Source: Nanobdellota archaeon | Lineage (GTDB): Archaea; Nanobdellota; Nanobdellia; Woesearchaeales; UBA583 | Direction: 5' to 3' | Length of the DNA: 57,971 nucleotides | Assembly: GCA_022565615.1 (NCBI GenBank) | Contig: JAIUMM010000006.1 | Span: 1-57,971, forward strand | The notes under the pieces: generated by a model | The model's input: the letters and a program-made list of their open reading frames with translations, nothing else | Told to the model about the DNA's origin: nothing | The model's database searches: none | Shown: in pieces, positions 11,333 through 21,425 of the stretch | Layout: every line of letters begins with the position of its first letter | Numbering within the stretch: position 1 is the first letter of the stretch | Position numbers and translations under genes: made by a program

Positions 11333-12088
11333 ATGAAAGATAAGATAATTGTAAGGGGTGCAAGAGAGCATAATCTTAAAAATATTGATGTTGAAATTCC
11401 TAAATTCTCTTTTACAGTAATTACAGGACTTAGTGGTTCAGGAAAATCTACACTTGCTTTTGATACTATTTATAATGAGGGAAATCGTAGATATGTTGAG
11501 AGTTTATCTTCATATGCAAGACAATTTTTAGGAAATTCTAATAAACCTGATGTTGATAGTATTGAAGGTTTGAGTCCTGCTATATCAATTGAACAAAAAA
11601 CAACTTCAAAAAATCCAAGATCAACTGTTGGAACTGTAACTGAAATTTATGATTATCTGCGTTTATTATATGCAAGAGTTGGAAAACAATATTGTCCAAA
11701 ATGTGGGGAAGAAATTTCTCCTCAATCTCCTCAAAGTATAGTTACTACAATTTTAGGAATGTATAATGAGAAGAAAATTATGATTCTAGCTCCTATGATT
11801 GTAGGACAAAAAGGAACGTATGAAAAAGTATTTGAAGATTGTAAAAAAGAAGGGTTTTCAAGAATTAGAGTAGATGGAGAAATATATCACACAGATACTG
11901 TAAAAGATGAGGTCACACTTGAGAGATATGAGAAACACTGGATAGAGTATGTAATTGATAGAATTACGGTAAATCAAGATAATAGACAACGATTGACAGA
12001 GGCAGTAGAGCAGGCTCTACATTTTTCAAAAGGTAATGTGAAGATATTAGATGTAGAAAAAGAGAAGGAAGTTTTAAAAACATTATAA
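11333..12088 (+). pseudogene. uvrA: UvrA N-terminal fragment (251 aa); truncated or split gene
   Basis: [57 protein letters not shown]; stops after the UvrB-binding region. Confidence 0.85.
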
Positions 12089-12117
12089 TTTTTATTTTAA
12101 GTTGAGTTATTATTTAT

Positions 12118-12912
12118 TTAGTTCCATTCTTCTTCTATTTTTTCTATTAAAATTTCAGTAAATTCTTCAGATTGCCAAAGAGTATTGTGTCCAAATCCTT
12201 CAATAAGTGTATATGTTGAGTTTTCTAAATTTAAAGTTTCATATAATTTTTTTGAAAATTTAGGATTGATAGTCCTATCCTTTTGTGCATGTATAATATG
12301 GAGTGTGTTTGTATATTTTTCTAAATATCTATAATTATTAAAGTTTTCAGTAAGTAGAAATGGAAATATAGGAACAAAAAAGAATTGTTGTTGAGCAATT
12401 TCTTGAAGAGATGAAATAGGATTTAATAGAATTACAGTTGACACATTTGAATTAATTGAACTATGAAAACTTGCAGGAGCACTCCCAATACTCATTCCAA
12501 CTACTATGATATTTGAATAATTTTGAAGTTCAATAAATTCATTAATATCTTCTACATTTTGTAAAATTTTCTCTTTAGAAGGTTTTACATCATCATTTGA
12601 AAAACCACTATATTCTAAGAAGAGAATTGATGTATTAAATTGTTCAAAAAAAGTTCTAAGTTGAGCTCTTTGACACGCAGAACCTGCATTACCTCTATAA
12701 TATATAATTATAGTTTCATTAGAATTATTTAAATAATACGCTCTTGCAGTATTGTGTTGAATTATTTGATAATCTAAAAATTCAGAACATTCTTCAAAAA
12801 TTTGAGGAGTTGGATGATACAACATATTTGCTTGATTAGTGTATAAAAATCCAATTAGGAGGAGATATACTACAAATAGAAAGATAAAAAATTGAATAAT
12901 TTGTTTATTCAT
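12118..12912 (-). CDS. alpha/beta hydrolase (Bem46/ABHD-like)
   Basis: N-terminal TM, RGNAG, GMSIG nucleophile elbow, HAQKD, GHN. Confidence 0.85.
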   Translation of the reverse strand: MNKQIIQFFIFLFVVYLLLIGFLYTNQANMLYHPTPQIFEECSEFLDYQIIQHNTARAYYLNNSNETIIIYYRGNAGSACQRAQLRTFFEQFNTSILFLEYSGFSNDDVKPSKEKILQNVEDINEFIELQNYSNIIVVGMSIGSAPASFHSSINSNVSTVILLNPISSLQEIAQQQFFFVPIFPFLLTENFNNYRYLEKYTNTLHIIHAQKDRTINPKFSKKLYETLNLENSTYTLIEGFGHNTLWQSEEFTEILIEKIEEEWN

Positions 12913-12975
12913 ATTAACTATAATCTAGAAATGTAATTAAGTTTTTTTAATTAAAAATTAAAATGAATTTAAATT

Positions 12976-13389
12976 TTACTCCTCTTTTGCTTCTTCAGCA
13001 GGGGCAGGTGCAAAAGCAGCTTCAATTGCTTGTTCTCCTTTTACAACTTTTACATTTACTTGGTGAATTTTATTATGAACTGTATTTCCACAAACCATTT
13101 TTTTAACTCTTAAACCACCAAATCGTTTTCCTCTTAATTTTCCACTAAATCCAACTCCTTTAGTTAAGAGTACTTTTTTTCTATTTTGTCCGTGAACATC
13201 TTTTCTCATAGGAAATCCATCGATATCTGAACCTCCTCTTAATTCTAATTCAACTCCGGAAATCCCAATTAATTCTCCATTAATAGTTTCCCCGAGTGCT
13301 TTACCATACAAAGCCTCAGCTTCTTGTGTGGATAGTTCCTTTTGGTAACATTTCCCACTTTTTGTTCCAATAACTAGTTTCATAGCCAT
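12976..13389 (-). CDS. rps6e: 30S ribosomal protein S6e
   Basis: LRGGSDIDGFPMRKDV, KKMVCGN. Confidence 0.95.
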   Translation of the reverse strand: MAMKLVIGTKSGKCYQKELSTQEAEALYGKALGETINGELIGISGVELELRGGSDIDGFPMRKDVHGQNRKKVLLTKGVGFSGKLRGKRFGGLRVKKMVCGNTVHNKIHQVNVKVVKGEQAIEAAFAPAPAEEAKEE

Positions 13390-13509
13390 TTTTTATTCAT
13401 TATGTTAAATTAGACAGTTTTAAATTGCCTATATAGAATAATTAGAAAGTATTTATAAATTATAAGGTTTAAATTCTTATATTTTACTTATTAAATTAAA
13501 TTTAAATAA

Positions 13510-13800
13510 TTAAGAATAAACAATTATTCCAATAATTACAAGTCCATACATTAAACACCATAGTCCAAACATAGTTTGTAATTTTTTATCTTCATGAATA
13601 ATGGCATATAAGAAAAGAGGAATTTGCATAAGTAAAAATAATATCCATGTGGTAATGGAGACTCCCGCAACTTCATTGAGAATCCAGATATTATAAATTT
13701 GAGGAAGAGCACTAAGAGGAAATATAAATGAAATAATACTTACAATTTTTTCAAGAAAAAGATTTCTTTTTTCTTTATCAGTAATGATTAACATATGCAT
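13510..13800 (-). CDS. PQ-loop/SemiSWEET-like small transporter
   Basis: LPQIYNIW...AGVSITTW, three TM helices. Confidence 0.7.
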   Translation of the reverse strand: MHMLIITDKEKRNLFLEKIVSIISFIFPLSALPQIYNIWILNEVAGVSITTWILFLLMQIPLFLYAIIHEDKKLQTMFGLWCLMYGLVIIGIIVYS

Positions 13801-13879
13801 AATTAATTATTGTTTTGTACTTTTATATGATTTTGTATTCCATAATTATTTAAAAGAATTTTATTTACTATATGTAGAA

Positions 13880-15160
13880 ATGGCTCTTGATGATGCAATT
13901 ATTAAATATACTGTGTGGGCACTATATTTTATTAGTCTGTATTTATTAATATATTGGCTTTTTGTAATGTTTGAATATAATTCTCCAACTCCTAAGCGTT
14001 CTATTATTAATAAAGAAGAAGGAGTTACAATAATTTTACCGATGTGGAATGAAGAAGAAAATATAGGTCCAACATTAGATTCATTATTTAATTCAGTATA
14101 CCCAAAAGATAAATTGCACGTTATTGTAGTTGATGATGGTTCAACAGATAATTCTTATAATGTTGCAAAAGAGTATCAAAAAAAATATACTTTTAAACTT
14201 ATTAAACAAAAAAATGGAGGGAAGTATACAGCACTAAATAAAGGTTTAGAATCTGTAAAAACTCCTTATTTTGCATGTTTAGATGTAGATGGATATGTTG
14301 ATAAATATGCAATTAGAAATATTCAAAAAGAGTTCACAAATGAAAATATTGCTGCAGTGATGCCAATTATGAAAGTAGCTGAACAAAAAAATATGCTTCA
14401 AAAAGTTCAATCCTTAGAATATATTTTAAATGTATTTTTAAAATTTTTTATTAGTAAAATTAATTGTGTTCATGTGACTCCTGGTCCTTTAAGTACATAT
14501 AGGACTGACGTTGTGAAAAAATTAGGCGGATTTATTAAAGGATATAATGTAGAAGATTTGGAGATGGCTCTACGACTCCAATCTCAACATTACGAAATTA
14601 AACAATCAAGTGATGCTATAATTTATACAAAATGTCCTGCAACATTAAAAGGATTTATTGCTCAGCGTTTAAGGTGGTATTTGGGTTCAATGAGAAATGT
14701 ATTAATTACATATAGATTTATGATTTTTAATAGAAAATATGGAGAGTTTGGAATATTTTATATTCCATTTGTTGCTTTAAATGGACTCTTAGGATTTATT
14801 GGAGTAGCTTTAGTTTCATATTTAGTAATTAGAAGTATTTATAGAACCTTAAAATATTGGTATTTAACAAACTTTGATTTTGCAACATATATTAGTTCTT
14901 TAACACTGAATTTTGATATACTTGCATTTAATTTTCAAATGATTGTAACTGGATTTATTCTATATTTAATTATATTTTTATATGTTTATTTAGGATATAT
15001 CAATGCAAAAGAGAGATTAAATATCAAAGGCACCATTTCTAAAACATTTTTATTTTTGTACTTTTTTTTTGTACTTAAATTCATTTTAGCATATATTTGG
15101 TTTAAAGTATTTTATAGACTTATTAAAGGAGATACGAATGTTTGGATTAAGTCCAAATAA
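13880..15160 (+). CDS. processive glycosyltransferase family 2
   Basis: DDGSTD, DVD, ED, QRLRW motifs, several TMs; start moved to ATG 13880. Confidence 0.9.
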   Translation: MALDDAIIKYTVWALYFISLYLLIYWLFVMFEYNSPTPKRSIINKEEGVTIILPMWNEEENIGPTLDSLFNSVYPKDKLHVIVVDDGSTDNSYNVAKEYQKKYTFKLIKQKNGGKYTALNKGLESVKTPYFACLDVDGYVDKYAIRNIQKEFTNENIAAVMPIMKVAEQKNMLQKVQSLEYILNVFLKFFISKINCVHVTPGPLSTYRTDVVKKLGGFIKGYNVEDLEMALRLQSQHYEIKQSSDAIIYTKCPATLKGFIAQRLRWYLGSMRNVLITYRFMIFNRKYGEFGIFYIPFVALNGLLGFIGVALVSYLVIRSIYRTLKYWYLTNFDFATYISSLTLNFDILAFNFQMIVTGFILYLIIFLYVYLGYINAKERLNIKGTISKTFLFLYFFFVLKFILAYIWFKVFYRLIKGDTNVWIKSK

Positions 15161-15261
15161 ATCATTTTAGTTTATAATTACTTATTTAAATATTACTAAA
15201 TATAAGTATATAATTTAAAGATAAAGATTTATAAAATTAAAACAATTTAGTATAATAAGAA

Positions 15262-15951
15262 ATGCACAGAGAGATTCACAAATCAAGGCATATTACTGTA
15301 TTAATTATTGCAACTATAATATTTTTACTTGGAATTTTAGTTGGTGCACAAGTAGAACAATTTCGTCTAGAGAAATTAGAAAGGGAATTTAGAGAACAAA
15401 GTAGAATTTCTGATGAAATGCAAGCAGAAATTGAATATATAAATTATTTATTAGATTCTCAAAGAAATAATGGTTATTCTTGTCAATTACTAGTAAATTC
15501 TTACCTTGATAGTATTAAGCGTTTAGATGACATTGTATTTTCTCTTGAAAGATATGAATCTAGTGCAATTACAAGACTTGAAGATTATTCGTTAATAAAA
15601 GAAAATTATTTTAATCTTCAAACAAGATATTATATACTTGGAAATAGAGTTAATTCTTTATGTCCAAATTCTTTTGATACAATATTATATTTTTATACTA
15701 ATGAAAAAGATTGTCCAGAGTGTGAAGATCAAGGTTTATTTTTAGATCATATTAAAAGGAAACATCAAAATAATGTTATGATTTTTTCATTCGATATTCA
15801 AAGTTCAGTAACTATTGTTTCAATGCTTTCAAATAATAACCAAGTTAAATCATATGAAGTTCCTACATTAATAATAAATGGAGAGAATAGACTTGATTTT
15901 TCAAATGTTGAAATAATTGAACAATTTTTAGAAATCTCAATGGAAAATTAA
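15262..15951 (+). CDS. membrane-anchored thioredoxin-like protein
   Basis: N-terminal TM, CPEC, VPTLIING cis-Pro loop. Confidence 0.65.
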   Translation: MHREIHKSRHITVLIIATIIFLLGILVGAQVEQFRLEKLEREFREQSRISDEMQAEIEYINYLLDSQRNNGYSCQLLVNSYLDSIKRLDDIVFSLERYESSAITRLEDYSLIKENYFNLQTRYYILGNRVNSLCPNSFDTILYFYTNEKDCPECEDQGLFLDHIKRKHQNNVMIFSFDIQSSVTIVSMLSNNNQVKSYEVPTLIINGENRLDFSNVEIIEQFLEISMEN

Positions 15952-16058
15952 TGGAAATTAATAGTTAATTACAATAAATTGTTTAGAAATAAATTAATTA
16001 TTATAAATGATTACTAATATTAAATAAATAGTTTTTTAAAGTAAATTTTATTAATGAA

Positions 16059-16203
16059 AATTGTAAGGTAAAGCAATAGCGAAAATCTAGAAATATATTG
16101 ATGTGTTATGTTTGTGGGCTTGCATGTATATTATTTACCTCTGTGAGTTCTCTTTGTCTAAATACTAAGTTGACATCTGAAGAGTTCTAGATACCTTACA
16201 ATT
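16059..16203 (+). ncRNA. candidate structured RNA, family unknown
   Basis: 12-bp terminal inverted repeat AATTGTAAGGTA/TACCTTACAATT enclosing further helices with G-U pairs on + strand; GC-richer than flanks. Confidence 0.5.
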
Positions 16204-16275
16204 CTTAAAAAATTAAAACGTATTTTCTATACAGTGATTGCATTAATTTAAATTATATGTATTTAAAAATAAATT

Positions 16276-19110
16276 ATGATTTATAGTCAATTATTTAGAT
16301 ATATTAGATTAATTTTAGTTATAATGTTAATTGGAAGTATATTGTCAACTGTTAATGCAACTTCATTTTATCAAGATAATGAAGGTAAATATTTAGTTTT
16401 TACTACAAATTCAAACCCTTTAATTTCATTAAATTTAGAGTCAAGATCCAATTCAGTGTTAGTTGTTGATGAAATTTTGATTAATAATGTTAAAAGAGAA
16501 TATTCAAATCTTCCAAGACAAATTCAACCTTTTACTTCAGTTAATTTGAATTTTGAAATTCCTTTAGTAGAAACTTTAAGTTCTACTCCAATTCAGATTA
16601 AAATTAATTCTCTAGACTCAACTTCTCAAGAACTTGAAATTGCAGGAGATCCAACTCAATTTCATTTAAAATATGTTGATTCACAACAATCTACTTTAAC
16701 TTCATATAGAGTTGAATCTAATGGAAATATTTCATTAAACCAACTTGAAAATTCTAATATTATAATTAGAGAGGGAGATTCAAGAGTTTTTTTAGACTTC
16801 CCACTCGAATTGATTGAATATGATGTGAGAATAAATTCAAATTTAGAAAAAGATATGTCAACTACTTCTAAAAAATTAGCAGAATTACCAAAAATTATTT
16901 CTTTAGATACTTCTTCTTTAACTAAAGGTAATTATCCTTTACAAATTACTTATAGGGATGTAACTAATCAAGTAAAGCAGTTAAATTTAAATTTACTTGT
17001 TTTAGAAGAACCATTAAAAATTACAAAAGTATATTCAAATCAAGATGAGATGTCATATAACTATTATTTTAATACTAAATTTAGTGACTCAGAAGTATAT
17101 TCGAATTCGAGAAATTTTGATTTAGTATTTGACACAAATCAAGAAGCAAGTTGCTATAAAGAAGAATTAGCAACATTTAATGATTTTGTGACTTCAACTC
17201 CTCTAACTAATCAAGTGACCACTCATAGAATTCCAATTTCTATTGAAAATGCACGAGAAAATGGAATTTGGATAATGTGTCAAAATTTAAATTCTTCTTT
17301 TGCAGAACTTGATAGAGTTTATTTGAGTGAAGCATTATTTAATAAAAGAGATTTATTCTCTGCAGTTTTTTTAGAAAATATTCAACCTATTAGAATAATT
17401 AGTGCTGAGCCAAATGGTTTATTAACTTCTGAACCAATTATAATAGATGCTAGAACTAGTTCAAGAGGAGTTTGTAAATATTCTGTTGAGAGTTTAGAAA
17501 TTTCTTCAGATTTAGATTCTACTGAAGAGCAAACAAGGCATAGAAAAACTAATGTTTTAGCATCTCAAAGAGGAGAATTTGAAATAAAAATTGATTGTTT
17601 TGATAGATTATATAATACTGATACAAAAACACTACAGATTAATATTGACTCAACTGAGCAAATTAGAATTGTAAGTTTTGTACCAAAATTGGTATTTACT
17701 GAACTTGCAAATATTGAAATTCAAATAACTGATACATCTGCAACTTGTAGAATTGAAGCACCTTCAATTAGAGAAGCTTCTTTTACTCCTGCAAGAGTGG
17801 AAGGAAGAACGTTATATTTTGAAGATGTTGGACCTTTTATAGAGGAAGGTAAAATTGATATGAGATTAATTTGTGTTAATCAAGAGTCTCGAGTTTCAAG
17901 AAATGAATTTTCTTTAACTTTTGATAAAACTCAACCAACAATTTCAGGTGTTAGGTTATTTAATTCAAAATTGGGTCCTACTACTTTTTTTTCAGACTCT
18001 TCTTTTATGAGAATAGAAGTTGATTCTACAATTCGAGATTTAGCTTATTATCTGGTTGAATTCACAAATTCTGATATTGTAATTAATTCTTCAAGTTCTA
18101 GAATTGATGTTACAGATGATTTTTCTCAGGATACAAGTTTAAAAATTAGGGGGTTTGATATATATGGGAGAAGTACTAACGAATTTGTTTCAAATTATCA
18201 ATTTGATACAACACCTCCTGCAATTAATATCAAAATGGGTTCTTCTTCAACTAAATTAATTATTGAGTGTGATGGAGGAGTTTCAGGATGTAATACAGTT
18301 CAATATGATTTATCTTCTACAAGAGATAATTGCCAACCAAGAACAAGTTATGAAAATTCATCAGAAATAGATGTTTTTGGGAAAATTTTTATCTGTGTTA
18401 AAGCAATTGATAATGCAGGAAATGAAGTAACTTTAATAGAAGAAATTAATGCAAGAGACAATTTCACACCACCTCCAAGAGAGGATGACCAAAATCCTCC
18501 TATAATTGATGATCAAACTCCTCCAAGAAATGATACGACACTTCCACCTATTGTAGATGATTCACAAGATGATGATCCATTTAGACCAATTGATCCTATT
18601 GCACCTGATGAGGAAGAATTCAATTGGATTTTACTCTCAGCATTTGCATTTGTATTACTTTTAGTTGGAGCAGGAGGATATTATGCATATAATAGAGGAT
18701 ATTTAGATAATCAATTAATCGCTATGGGAGTTAAGAAAAAGAGAACTAATTCATCAAGCGATCCTTACAAAGGAGTTGTTCCTTACTCTCAAATTCCTCG
18801 AAAAGATTTAAATAAAGGTTCAACAGCATCAGCTATTGCATCTCAAGGAGTTTCAAATACTGGTAAAACTCCAAATAAATATGATTCACATTTAAGTAAA
18901 TTAAATGAGTTTATTGATTCAACTTTAAAGAAAGATTCAAATATGTTTGATGAATTTAAAAAAGATAATACTAAAGGAAAAACTGATAACTTTAAAGATA
19001 CACTTCTTAAAAATAGAAAAAGTGTAAAAGATGAAAAAGAAAGCTTTGAAGATTTTTATAAGTCAAGTAAAGAAAAGGAAAAGAATGAATCTAATAAAGC
19101 AAAAAAATAA
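16276..19110 (+). CDS. large Ig-fold-like surface protein
   Basis: Signal peptide, DKTQP/DTTPP and KAIDNAGN motifs, Pro/Asp linker, TM, K/E-rich cytoplasmic tail. Confidence 0.65.
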   Translation: MIYSQLFRYIRLILVIMLIGSILSTVNATSFYQDNEGKYLVFTTNSNPLISLNLESRSNSVLVVDEILINNVKREYSNLPRQIQPFTSVNLNFEIPLVETLSSTPIQIKINSLDSTSQELEIAGDPTQFHLKYVDSQQSTLTSYRVESNGNISLNQLENSNIIIREGDSRVFLDFPLELIEYDVRINSNLEKDMSTTSKKLAELPKIISLDTSSLTKGNYPLQITYRDVTNQVKQLNLNLLVLEEPLKITKVYSNQDEMSYNYYFNTKFSDSEVYSNSRNFDLVFDTNQEASCYKEELATFNDFVTSTPLTNQVTTHRIPISIENARENGIWIMCQNLNSSFAELDRVYLSEALFNKRDLFSAVFLENIQPIRIISAEPNGLLTSEPIIIDARTSSRGVCKYSVESLEISSDLDSTEEQTRHRKTNVLASQRGEFEIKIDCFDRLYNTDTKTLQINIDSTEQIRIVSFVPKLVFTELANIEIQITDTSATCRIEAPSIREASFTPARVEGRTLYFEDVGPFIEEGKIDMRLICVNQESRVSRNEFSLTFDKTQPTISGVRLFNSKLGPTTFFSDSSFMRIEVDSTIRDLAYYLVEFTNSDIVINSSSSRIDVTDDFSQDTSLKIRGFDIYGRSTNEFVSNYQFDTTPPAINIKMGSSSTKLIIECDGGVSGCNTVQYDLSSTRDNCQPRTSYENSSEIDVFGKIFICVKAIDNAGNEVTLIEEINARDNFTPPPREDDQNPPIIDDQTPPRNDTTLPPIVDDSQDDDPFRPIDPIAPDEEEFNWILLSAFAFVLLLVGAGGYYAYNRGYLDNQLIAMGVKKKRTNSSSDPYKGVVPYSQIPRKDLNKGSTASAIASQGVSNTGKTPNKYDSHLSKLNEFIDSTLKKDSNMFDEFKKDNTKGKTDNFKDTLLKNRKSVKDEKESFEDFYKSSKEKEKNESNKAKK

Positions 19111-19174
19111 TTAATTAAAATATTAATTTAAGATTACAAACATATAAAAATACTTATTTTTTATTATTATATAG

Positions 19175-19906
19175 ATGAGTAAAAAAAAGAATTCTAAAAC
19201 TTCAAATTCAAAAGAAGTTTTAACATTTGATTCGATTAGAGATGTTAAATCATTTTTTAGATATGTTTTTAAAGGAGAAGATATAATGTCCCATATATTA
19301 TTTTTCACAATATTATTCGTTTTTTTTAAATTAATATTGTTACCAATGATAGGATTTTTACTTCAAACTTCATATCCACTAACTGCAATAGTTTCTGAGT
19401 CTATGGAACAGAAAATAAGTAATGATTTTGTTTGTGGAAATAGTATTAATGAGAATAATAAAGATTTATATTATTGGGATTTTTGTGGAAATTTTTATGA
19501 GAATAATTTAAATATTACACAAGAAGAATTTGAAGAATTTAGTTTTTCTAAAGGACTCTATAGAGGTGATGTTATAATTGTCTATGGGAGGAGTCCAGAA
19601 AATATCAAAATTGGAGATGTAATTTTATTTAAAGGTCAAGATAAAGTTCAATTACCTGATGGAACTCAAGAATCTTTATTTTATTTAAATTACGGACCAA
19701 TAATTCATAGAGTAGTTGAAATTAATATTGAAGAAAATAATTATTACTTTACAACAAAAGGAGATAACAATCCTCTTATTATGGATAAAGAAATTAAAAT
19801 CCCTCAAGAAGATGTAATTGGTGTGGCTCAAATTAGAATTCCTTATTTAGGACTTATAAATTATTATTTTTATAGATTTATTGTAGCTCCAATTAGAGGA
19901 AATTAA
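19175..19906 (+). CDS. signal peptidase I, archaeal Sec11 type
   Basis: VSESME, PIIHRVV, TKGDNN. Confidence 0.88.
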   Translation: MSKKKNSKTSNSKEVLTFDSIRDVKSFFRYVFKGEDIMSHILFFTILFVFFKLILLPMIGFLLQTSYPLTAIVSESMEQKISNDFVCGNSINENNKDLYYWDFCGNFYENNLNITQEEFEEFSFSKGLYRGDVIIVYGRSPENIKIGDVILFKGQDKVQLPDGTQESLFYLNYGPIIHRVVEINIEENNYYFTTKGDNNPLIMDKEIKIPQEDVIGVAQIRIPYLGLINYYFYRFIVAPIRGN

Positions 19907-19953
19907 ATAAATAAAGATATATTATTATATTTAAGATATATTATTCAAAATTT

Positions 19954-21354
19954 ATGTATATTTATAAAATGACTATTTTAGATGAAGATTTAAAAAATAA
20001 GATTCTCAAGAGAATTACTCCTACAAAAGATGAAGTTAAAGAGTTAAAAATTTTAGTAGATGTGTTTAAACAAAAATTATATGGTGTTGCAAAGAGTAAA
20101 AATTATGTTATTAATATTGAGTTAGGAGGTTCTTATGCAAAAAATACATTTTTAAAAGGTGATTTTGATATTGATTTTTTTATTCAATTTAGTTCTAGTA
20201 TTGAAGATAAAAAAAAAGAAGAAATATTAGTTGAAATTTTAGGAGATGCTAAAATTAATTTTAATATAAAACATGGTTCAAGATTATATGTGAGTGGTTT
20301 TTTTAGTAATTTTTCTAATAACCATTTAAATAATGATATAAATTCTTCTCAATATTTTGGCTTTAATTTTGAATGTGTTCCAACTGAGATATGTGATGAT
20401 GTTACAAAAGCAAAAAATTCAACTGACATTTCAATTTTTCATGTTAAATATTTACAAAAAAAGATTCAAGAAAATCCAAAATTAATAGATGAAATTAGAC
20501 TTACAAAAAAATGGTTTAAAACTCAAAAACTATATGGGGCTGAGAGTTATATTAATGGATTTTCGGGCCATTCTATTGAATGTTTAATTATGAAATTTAA
20601 AACATTTGAAAATTTAATCATATTTTTTTCTCAAATGAAAAAAGGAGATATTCTTGTAATTGATGAATATAATTCAAACAAAATTTCGTTTTCAAAAGAT
20701 AAAGAGTCTCCTCTTATGATTCAAGATCCAATTCTTGAAGGTAGAAATGCACTCTCAGCTCTTAGCGATGAACAATTTTATAGGGCAAAATATATAGCTA
20801 TTCAAAGTTTGCAATATGGATTTAAAGAAAAAGATTTTTTAAGTAATAAGTTATGTAAAAATTTAAAAGACTTGAGGAAAGTTTTTTTTGAGGAAAAATT
20901 AGATTTTGTAGGAATTGAATATACAATTAAAAAAACTAATTTAAGTAGAGATATATTGGGTTCAAAATTATTAAAATTAAGTAAAAAGATATCTAAATTA
21001 TTGAAAAGTAATGGTTTTAGTGTAATTTCACTTTCATTTGAGATGTTTGAAGAGGAATCTGTTGCTTTTACAAAAATAATAGTTGAGCACTCAAAATTAC
21101 CAAAAAAATATGTGAGTAAAGCAATATCTTTAGATGTATCACAAGATCATATTATAAATTTTTTACAAACTCATAAACACTCAACTTTAAGACTTATAAA
21201 TAATTTTTTGTATGTTGAGAAACAAAGAAATTTTTCAACTTTAAGTGAATTTAAAAATTTGTATTTAAATAATTCTCAATATTTGAATGAAGAACTTAAT
21301 ATAGAAGAATTTGTTTTTTTAAGTGACTTCAAATTTATTACAAACAAATTTTAG
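19954..21354 (+). CDS. cca: class I (archaeal) CCA-adding enzyme
   Basis: GGSYAKNTFLKGDFDIDFF, LYGAE...GFSG, DPI...RN. Confidence 0.92.
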   Translation: MYIYKMTILDEDLKNKILKRITPTKDEVKELKILVDVFKQKLYGVAKSKNYVINIELGGSYAKNTFLKGDFDIDFFIQFSSSIEDKKKEEILVEILGDAKINFNIKHGSRLYVSGFFSNFSNNHLNNDINSSQYFGFNFECVPTEICDDVTKAKNSTDISIFHVKYLQKKIQENPKLIDEIRLTKKWFKTQKLYGAESYINGFSGHSIECLIMKFKTFENLIIFFSQMKKGDILVIDEYNSNKISFSKDKESPLMIQDPILEGRNALSALSDEQFYRAKYIAIQSLQYGFKEKDFLSNKLCKNLKDLRKVFFEEKLDFVGIEYTIKKTNLSRDILGSKLLKLSKKISKLLKSNGFSVISLSFEMFEEESVAFTKIIVEHSKLPKKYVSKAISLDVSQDHIINFLQTHKHSTLRLINNFLYVEKQRNFSTLSEFKNLYLNNSQYLNEELNIEEFVFLSDFKFITNKF

Positions 21355-21425
21355 AGCTTTCAATTAAAATTACTACTTCTAAATTATACGTTAAATATTA
21401 ATTATTATATTTTACTAAAGTAATT

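Noticed and set aside
16080-16190. Hammerhead ribozyme (CGAAA and CTGAAGAG present)
   Set aside because: Stems I-III do not pair as required around the core
16059-16203. 5S rRNA or SRP RNA
   Set aside because: No CCGAAC loop C and no SRP helix-8 motif
19913-19945. AAGATATATTATT twice upstream of cca
   Set aside because: Low-complexity AT sequence; could be chance
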